DNA from: Octopus vulgaris
Lineage: Eukaryota
Assembly (NCBI GenBank): GCA_951406725.2
Contig: OX597820.1
Coordinates: 6,510,001-6,574,000 of the forward strand
DNA: 64,000 nt
Direction of reading: 5' to 3'
Position 1 is the stretch's first letter, and each line of letters begins with the position of its first letter. A program made the position numbers and the translations under genes. This document shows, piece after piece, positions 55,238 to 64,000 of the stretch. The notes beneath the pieces were generated by a model, which made no database searches, had not been told where the DNA came from, and saw only the letters and a program-made list of their open reading frames with translations.

Positions 55238-57276
55238 TATAGCGTTTTATTAATAATGATGCATGTAATGTGCCACTTGTAATGAAGAATGAATGTGTCA
55301 CTATTAATGTGGCGTGACTCACAAATAATGAGGCATGTGTCACTGATATTAAAGTAAGTGGCACAATGAGGGAAGTGTGACAAATGATGAGGTGTGTATC
55401 AAAAGTAAAGATGTGTGTGCCACTCGTAGGGAAGATTGTGTCAATACTAATGTTTGAGATTATGAGGTATTCCACGAATATGTCAATATCATTTCAGCTC
55501 GTAAACTTCATCTTCAGCATGTTGACCCCTGTGTACACACAAAAAGAAATTATCAGGGTGTATAGGGGAGTCAAGACATTTTGCTAATATTATAGACATT
55601 CAATAAGATCAACTTCTCCCAATATATCGTAACATATTTAAGAATAGTTTAACGATGGAAAAGAATAAAACTGTCATAGATAAGACCTGATGTAATAATT
55701 TTGATGGTGATATTACGAATATATTTACTAATTTTTCGTAGAAACTAACAAATATTTAATTTAACGGAAAAATAGAGAGAGCAGGTGGATCATCCGACAG
55801 TCCTATCTCTTACACAGCTTTGGTGAGACGAGTGTCCGAAGAAATATATCAACTACATCGAACATTGATTTAGAATATAAGATATAAAGATCACCAGTTA
55901 TGAAATAAGCCTGAAATCTGGGAGACAGAGCAGAAAGTATTAGCGAAAGTTTCTGGGAAAAACTGGAACAGCTACAACTAAATAGAACCTTCGTCTCAGC
56001 CATATCTAAACAAAACCAGATAAGCACCTTGGTTCAGTTGAAAGGCTAGGTTCGGTGTCTGAAAACTGTTTTATGGGGCAAAAACGCAAATACAGGAAAC
56101 CGAACCATATGGTATAGGTGAGGAGAGAACACTTACTCAAACGGAGGCGGGAAACATATGCACTTAACAAGTACATATATTTTCCCTTGTTCAGTTAGTT
56201 TTTCACGCATTGGCATGTCACTATATGCGTACATACTTAGATACATACACACGTACAAACATACTTAGGTACATACATGCATTCATACAAATGTACATAC
56301 TTATATGCACATACATATATAGATGTAAATTTATAAATATATATATGTATATATATATATAAATGTATATATATCATATATAATTGCATGTATGCATAAA
56401 TATATACGTGGATACATATACACATATACATACGACCATATATGCACTTATACACGCACACATATGTAGATTTATATACCTATATATGCTGCCGCGCGCG
56501 CGCGTGCGTGTGTGTGTGTGTGTATCTCCGTTAATGTGCTTAGATGTGTAAGTGTAATTTTTCGTCATGCAAACGCTTTTCTTTTCATCACAACGGTTAA
56601 ATCCATCAACTTAGCAAGAACCTAATAGCCTTAGAGAATAAGCAGATATTTCAAAGGTACTTTGAGACAATTTATAAAAAACACTTGAGAATTAAAATAA
56701 TAAAACAGAATAACCAAAGTGTCGGGAAGTAGAAGAAGAGTGGAATTGATTTCGAGCGCGACTAAAGAACGAAACGTTGGAAGATCAAACGGAAATAATC
56801 GAGGTGGCCGACAGGTTCAAAATTCTCCAGAAGATCAAATAGTTTGTTTATACATTAAATTGACATGCTTAAAGTTGAAAATAACTACGAAAATAAGCAA
56901 ATAAGAGAGAAAACAACAAACACAAAGAAAATAAGAAAGAGAAGGAAGTTGTGTCTCGTGGTTTAAAAAAAAAATTTCATAATTGTATCTAATTTTCAGC
57001 AGGTTTTGTGAAATTGGGTTAAGGACCAGGTTTGAGAAATATGACGAAAGGTTTTTACGTTCCATTATACAACGTAACAATACCAAATAAAATATTGAAT
57101 AGTTTTGTGAGTCTGTAAATAATGTGAGATTCATTTGTGATATGCTTGCTTTAAATCTGGCTTCATTCGATATCAGCAAAGCAATTGTTAAGCCGTAAGA
57201 GTTATGTCCCTTGACCTTTATACTAATAACTCTGATCAAGTTAGACATAAATATGAACACACGCACGGATACACAA

Positions 57277-57316
<40 letters not shown>

Positions 57317-57436
57317 TAGTGAATCCAAACAAAGAAGAACAAACTAGAAAAACAATAATGTGAGGACGTGGTACAAGTATTGTATTATCAGATGCTCAGG
57401 AAAGGAGCATTTATATATATATAATATATATAATTC

Positions 57437-57660
57437 TTCTAACGGTTTTTTTAAAAAAACACTCATTATCGCTTTGTTTACCATGTAGGCAGTCATCGAA
57501 ATTTTTGTTTGTCTTGTTGTCGAGAGAGGCTCCCTTTCTTTCCTGATGAGAAGATTGCATAATGCACCCTTTATTCCTTTGGAATGAAAAAATGTCTTCG
57601 AAACTTATGTCGAGAGTAAAGGAATTTTAACATCTTCGTTCGACTCCATTCTTTCATTTA
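57437..57660 (+). mobile_element. HHR-bearing short repeat, copy 1
   Basis: Collinear with 58122-58355 (aaacactcattatcgct...ttctttcattta). Confidence 0.8.
57538..57616 (+). ncRNA. Type I hammerhead ribozyme
   Basis: ctttc CTGATGA gaagat...gtcttc GAAAC ttat GTC gagag. Canonical core; predicted cleavage after 57611. Confidence 0.85.
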
Positions 57661-58121
57661 TATATATATATATATACATACACGTGCGTGTGTGTGTGTA
57701 ACCCATTTTCACTTCGAATTTTGCGGTAAACTGGCGTTGCTACCAAAGTTGGTAGAGAAACATTTGTAACTGATCGTTAAAGATATGTTAAAGAATTTCG
57801 TTGTCTTCTCATTTGGATAGCACTTTACTCTTCACTAATCCCGTACAACGGTTTCACACTAGGGAGTCCAAGAAGAATTTCGGTATTAGTCTGGAATTCG
57901 ACAGGATTGATAGCCCAGAACTCGGGTTGAGTGCTTCAATGGAAACACGGTTTCTTTATACCCTACCAAAACCTTATACATCCCACAATCATGCACACAC
58001 ATACACACACATAGACACGAATGCAGTTATATACATACACACACATAGGCACTCAATCTCATTAGCAATAGCAAACAACCTTCTAGAATCTTCTACATTC
58101 AACCATTTTTGACGTCACTGC

Positions 58122-58349
58122 TTATAACGGAATATTTTAAATAAACACTCATTATCGCTATGGACTCCGAGTGGGCAGTCATCTAAGAGTTTTTGTTCAT
58201 CTTGATGCTGACATAAGTTCCTTGTCTCTCCTGATGAGAAGGCAGCCTAATGCACCCCTTATTCCTTCGAAATTAGGAATATGCAGCCTTTGAAACATAT
58301 GTCGAGAATAAAGGAATATTGTTAAATCGTCGTTCAACTCAATTCTTTC

Positions 58350-58355
<6 letters not shown>
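58122..58355 (+). mobile_element. HHR-bearing short repeat, copy 2
   Basis: Collinear with 57437-57660 and followed by (TA)n. Confidence 0.8.
58227..58307 (+). ncRNA. Type I hammerhead ribozyme
   Basis: tctc CTGATGA gaaggc...gccttt GAAAC atat GTC gaga. Palindromic ACATATGT; predicted cleavage after 58303. Confidence 0.87.
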
Positions 58356-58381
<26 letters not shown>

Positions 58382-59117
58382 GCAATTTCCTACACAGCTG
58401 TAAGACAACGTTAAAGTAGCTGTATCTAAGTTATCCCAAATCAATTAGCTTCCCTGCGTACATAGAATTTCAATTAGTTTTGTGAAATAGGTAAAAATTT
58501 TCCTTAAACACATATCGCCAACTTTTGCAGAAACATTATCTATATTACTGGAGATAAAAATCACTGAACGCCTCGTGAGGCGCTTTGCGATTTTGTAGAT
58601 AATTGTTGGTGAGGAACAATTATCTATCTTTTTATTATTTAATTGAGAATCATGATGCATCAGGATAAACTATTTATGGTACATTTTTTATTGTGACGCT
58701 CCTTTCAAATTCCTCTCTCACATTTAGCGAACAAGCAGCGATCGATCGGCAAGAAATATTCATGTCGCTCATCTGGAAGTCAATGTTAAGATATAAAGCA
58801 TGACCTCATTACAGGAAGAATCGCAGCGTTTCTGACCTTTTGTTTGACCCCATGACCGTTTTAGAGGGAAAAGAGCAATAAATAATGACTCACTCTTCAC
58901 TGGTTTAGCAAATAGTGTGTCTATATATAAGTTTGAGACCTGCAGTTTTGATATTTGTACGTACAGTATTTGTATACATGTACATGTGTGTGTGTGTGAC
59001 TAAATACACACGCACACATACGTACGAACGCCCGTATATAATATGTGTGTGCATGTATATATATATAAAAGAGAAAGTACTATAACAATAATATGTGTGT
59101 GTGTAGTTGCATGTATG

Positions 59118-59148
<31 letters not shown>

Positions 59149-59306
59149 ATATATATATGTATGTGGCTAACCCCTAAGGGTGGATGCTACTGTAGCTTGT
59201 AGCCCCGGGAGAACATCTCCTGCTGACTATTGACACACTTTCTGTGACCTATCGGTATTTGCACATTGTCGTGCAGTTACTGTTATACCTCGTTCAGAGA
59301 CTTACT

Positions 59307-59642
<336 letters not shown>

Positions 59643-60228
59643 GTGTGTGTATAGTCTATTCAAATACACAAACAATTCAAATACAATAACGAAAAAACGT
59701 GAGGTTGTGTACAAGAAATGTGTCGGCTTGACGCTCGGAGAAAGGAGAAAAGGAAAAGTCCAAAGATGGAGAGGAAGCGGCACCCGTGTAGTTACATTGC
59801 TGAAGTGACCGGAAGTGTATATATATATATATATATATATCAAAATAAGCAACATGTATATCCGAGGTTTGTTGCTTATTTTCATTGTAATCACCCATGG
59901 ATTTACATGGATAATACCATACAAAATTCTGGTGCCTTTGACTTAAGTACCATATTAATCTGAATCTAAATTTTGCTGAACTTATATATATTGGCGATTG
60001 AAGTAACAGTTTCGACTTATTTCTTATAAAACTTCGAAGTCACTCTCATGTTTTTCCTAGTAAATGTTTAATAAATATCTGCTCTAACAAAATAGGTCAG
60101 TAATCTTTCAGTTTAATGTAAAACTGTTTTATATACAACTTGACATAGAAACAAACAGTTAACATATATGTATAGGTGTGTGCGTGCGTGTATATATACG
60201 TATATATATTCACACCCATACATATATG

Positions 60229-60297
<69 letters not shown>

Positions 60298-61544
60298 ATA
60301 GGGATAAACCAGCAGGAAGTATGAAAATGTATGTAAATGTGTAGCAGCAGCAGCGGCATCAGAAGCAGCAGCTACTTTCATATGTAAATTGATGTAAACC
60401 TCGTTTGAACGGAACAATTTCAAAGTCAATAACAAACGTAACTGATGTGAACAGCAGTAAGTCATTCTGGTAAATAAAACGATTCCAACAAGTACAGCCC
60501 TACTTCACTGTGGACAGCTTGTTTTCTTTCTAAACGATTACTCGATAAATGAATAACAGAGAAACAATTCTTAAGATTGTGGCTAATGGCTGATATATTA
60601 AACATTTCTTGAGTGGAATGTCTGTCAATTATTTTGTTCTTTCTCTGCGATTGCTGGCCAAAACACTACTGAATTAGATACAGCAAATACAAACCTACTG
60701 ACCATACCGCATTGTAATTATTGCAGAAACGCTGACACCGAGAAGTAGATCAATGTTTCCTCATTAAAAGGATTATTGCTGACTTTACAGAGGTTTGACG
60801 GGAAATTTTCCAAAAGGAACTTCAGTTTAGAATTGTCTGCAAGTGACTGCAATTTTGATTTGATTATGCAAAATGGTGTTTAAGTGTGCAACGAAGCAAA
60901 AATAGTATATCATCAACAGCGACGTCTATAATTGCAAACTGTTCAGAAAAATAGCGGATAATGTGAAGCTATTGACAAATTGAATGCCATCTTGTCAGCT
61001 TCTATTACATATTATTCGAGTGCACAGCAGTAATTTGTTAAACATTGGATGAATTTAGAAGATGGAATAATGAAGAATCGAGAAGTCGCAATAGAAATCG
61101 CCAAAATAAAGCGAAACATAAATAAATGAATTCACAGAAGCTTTCAACTAATACACACACGTATGCATACATCAAAAACATATATACACATACACAGGCA
61201 TGCATTTGTACATACATACACACACGTACATTAGTTTGTGCGGAAAGTTATGAACTAAAAACGAGGTGTAAATATTGGTAAGAATTAAGAAAATTTATGG
61301 TAAATTATCAAATTTTAAAACTATCAAAAATTATTTGAAGCCATTACTTTAATTATTATTGTAGGAATTTCAAAGCTGTTGTTGTTCTTGTTAATTATGT
61401 TATTCTTGCTATGCTGCTGTTAATAATTTTGTTGGTGTTTCGAAACAGAGAAATAAATCTAGTGCCGTTGGGGGAAAATAATTTTGGTGTACTTAAAGAA
61501 CAAACGAGAAATACTTCTAAGAACAATAAAGTAAAACAGTAAAT

Positions 61545-61670
61545 GTATTTATCTCTACAGTAATACAATAGTTGTAATTTATTTCTACAGTAATATGATA
61601 ATTGTAATTCATTTCTACAGTAATATGATAATTAAAATTTAGTTCTACAGTAATATGATAGTTAGAATTT
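61545..61670. repeat. 30-bp minisatellite, about 4 units
   Basis: tctacagtaata recurs at 61554, 61584, 61614 and 61644. Confidence 0.85.
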
Positions 61671-61987
61671 CTGTGACAGCATTATATGTCGGCAAAATTT
61701 TGAAGGAATTGTTCAAAAGAAATCAGAGGCTTACATAAATATATGGTGATGGAGTAAAATTCGTCATCATCGCTGAAGGCGTGGGTGTGTTGTTAAGTTT
61801 ACTTAATAACGGAGGTCTGCTGCTTGAACCTGCGGATTATTGAACTCAGACTCGTGTCATCTAACATGACTTCCGACAGACAAAGCCTTTCGGGCAAAAT
61901 TTGGTAGATTCAAAACGTGTGGAAGTTATAGAACCGATCGTCTTATATACATACTCATTCATATTGTGTTTACACAGAAACCGTAGC

Positions 61988-62322
61988 GGAGGCGCAATGG
62001 CCCAGTGGTTAGGGCAGCGGACTCGCGGTCATAGGATCGCGGTTTCGATTCCCAGACCGGGCGTTGTGAGTGTTTATTGAGCGAAAACACCTAAAAGCTC
62101 CACGGGGCCCTGGCAGGGGATGGTGGTGATCCCTGCTGTACTCTTTCACCACAACTTTCTCTCACTCTTACTTCCTGTGTCTGTTGTACCTGTATTTCAA
62201 AGGGCCTGCCTTGTCACTCTCTGTGTCACGCTGAATATACCCGAGAACTACGTTAATGGTACACGTGTCTGTGGAGTGCTCAGCCACTTACACGTTGATT
62301 TCACGATCAGGCTGTTCCGTTG
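61988..62322 (+). mobile_element. tRNA-derived SINE with family A head and an alternative 3' body
   Basis: A box tggcccagtgg and B box ggtttcgattccc. The body after ~62180 matches the 33440 copy rather than the 25468 copy. Confidence 0.9.
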
Positions 62323-62452
62323 ATAATTTAGTAACTTCTATGCTGAAGTAGAGACAACATGTTCTTTGTCTATCTCCTTAACTTCTTGGAGATTTTAGGT
62401 ATAATTATACTAATGTGTCCATCTGTTAAATTTAATTAAATTCTATGTCTTT

Positions 62453-62541
62453 GTGCAGCTGAAGATTGCTCTACATTTTAAATTGATGTAATGATTGCAT
62501 TGTTCAATTAAAAAGAGTTGCATGAAACGATCGTACTGCAC
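62453..62541 (+). ncRNA. Type I hammerhead ribozyme
   Basis: gtgcag CTGAAGA ttgc...gcat GAAAC GATC GTA ctgcac. Stem I 6 bp, palindromic ACGATCGT; the first stem II pair is U-U. Confidence 0.8.
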
Positions 62542-62741
62542 TAACTCTGGATATCCTTGTTGCTTATTTTGATATATATATATATATATATATTGGTAAT
62601 TAGAAAGGGATTTCTCTAGAACGTTAACCGGTTTGCTCACAGGTATTAAAAATAGGTTTAGAATATAAATCTAGTAATAATTCCCATAAAATAAGAATTG
62701 AGAGATGCATTCCGTTGGATAATTTTGAATATATTACGTTT

Positions 62742-63051
62742 AACAGTTCTATATCTAAGAATTGAGGAATTGTGTTCATTATTTACATTTGACGGGTATT
62801 TGTGCTTATCTTGTTTGTTGTTAACACAGCGTTTCGGCTGATAAACCCTCCAGCCTTCATCATTAACTAAACGAATGACTTGAATTAGAAGGAAATGTAT
62901 ACGTTATTCACATTTGACGTATATTTATCCTCATCTTGTTTCTTTTTAACAACGTTTAGGCTGATATACCCTCCCGCCTTCATCAGGTGTCTTGGGGAAA
63001 TTTCGAACCTGGATTCTCATTCCTAAGGTATTTTTCGATGATATTATTATC

Positions 63052-63082
<31 letters not shown>

Positions 63083-63230
63083 TCACTGCTTGGAACTGAA
63101 CTCGGATTCTTGGGATTAATAGCCCGCGCTCTTAACCACTATGCCATATGCCAGTGGGCAACCGAAAAGTTGTGTTAACAACAAACAAAATGAGGACAAA
63201 CATTCGTCAAATGTAAATAATGTAAATAAG
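62742..63230 (-). mobile_element. tRNA-headed SINE-like element carrying two tandem hammerhead units and an inverted terminal fragment
   Basis: Minus strand: A box tggcatagtgg (63136-63146), B-like gttcagttcc (63092-63101), (AAT)n, then HHR units at 62948-62991 and 62823-62862. A plus-strand partial copy lies at 63162-63229. Confidence 0.75.
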
Positions 63231-63597
63231 TTACCTTTAATCATTTAGGTTTCCTGGAGTATATATTATCAATAATAATGATACGTATTATTACGAAGTT
63301 GAATAGCATTACTTTTATTTCCTTTTTATATACATCCAGTTTTACATAGACCTACACATGTTTCAAATGTACCGATTAGGGACCGTTGAATTTGCAGCCC
63401 TTCTATGATACCGATGCAGCTTCTTCACGGTCTTCACTTCAATATCCTTCGATTTAACTGTTTAAGGTTTTTCGGTTATCCGCTCTGCGTTGTACGATGT
63501 GGAGTTGTTCGTTAATTCATACTTGGACTATCTTCAGTTCAAGTTTTGATATGATGATCACTTATAGCCCATTATTTCAAAACATTCTGTTCTTTAA

Positions 63598-64000
63598 ATA
63601 TTTATTACGCATTTATACCGAGCAAAGGTGAATATTCTCATGTACAAATGTCTTCCATCTTTAAATGTAAACTTTGGTAAACTTCTTCTGTATATAGGTC
63701 ACATTTCTGAGAGTGCAACTGCACCAATTTTCAAGAAGAGACTAGCTAATCACTTAAGTTCATTTCGAGATAAAAATAAACGATTCCAAACAAGTGTGCG
63801 TAAACTAATGTGGTCCATTGAAGACAGAAACAAAGACAGTACAATCAATTCGGAATTAATTAGTGCTGCAAAACCACACAGAGTTGGAACTAATAAATGT
63901 GACCTGTCTTTAAAAGAATTTTACTTAATGTTTACATCTAAGGGCAATATAAGGAATTCTAAACAGAAACAAGCTTTAAGATGCTTGCACATGAGAAAAT
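63598..64000 (+). pseudogene. Penelope-like GIY-YIG endonuclease domain (frame open to the window edge)
   Basis: NILMYKC..LLYIG..FKKRLANHLSSFRDKNKRFQTSVRKLMWSIED..AKPHRVGTNKCDLSLKE..NSK..CLHMRK. Stops immediately upstream. Confidence 0.85.

Noticed and set aside
61545-61670. 30-bp periodic repeat considered as CRISPR-like
   Set aside because: The units are contiguous with no unique spacers, there are no cas genes and the context is eukaryotic. It is a minisatellite.
61988-62062. tRNA-like sequence with A and B boxes (also at 25690-25765 and 63080-63152)
   Set aside because: It continues into a repeated SINE body and lacks a complete acceptor stem, so it is a SINE head and not a tRNA gene.

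Overview
This is AT-rich, microsatellite-saturated eukaryotic DNA with no supportable host protein-coding gene. The tRNA-headed SINE families and TE mix suggest an octopus/cephalopod intron or intergenic region (inference). Almost all ORFs in the supplied track are artefacts of (TA)n/(TATG)n/(CA)n/(AAT)n repeats. The real content is transposon debris: a DD37D (maT-type) Tc1/mariner 3' half, four CR1-like LINE pieces, a Helitron PIF1-helicase fragment with its 3' hairpin and CTAG end, three tRNA-SINE families, a ~1.3 kb foldback element, and several Penelope-like element (PLE) RT/GIY-YIG remnants. The main hidden signal is an unusual density of type I hammerhead ribozyme (HHR) motifs. I count about 14 intact or degenerate copies from roughly 8 unrelated small repeat families, most with short palindromic stem III. 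They include U3-A8 compensated cores, HHRs inside long inverted repeats, one HHR just downstream of a PLE GIY-YIG stop codon, and a tRNA-headed (Pol III) SINE-like element carrying tandem HHRs. All folds were derived by eye and none is tested.
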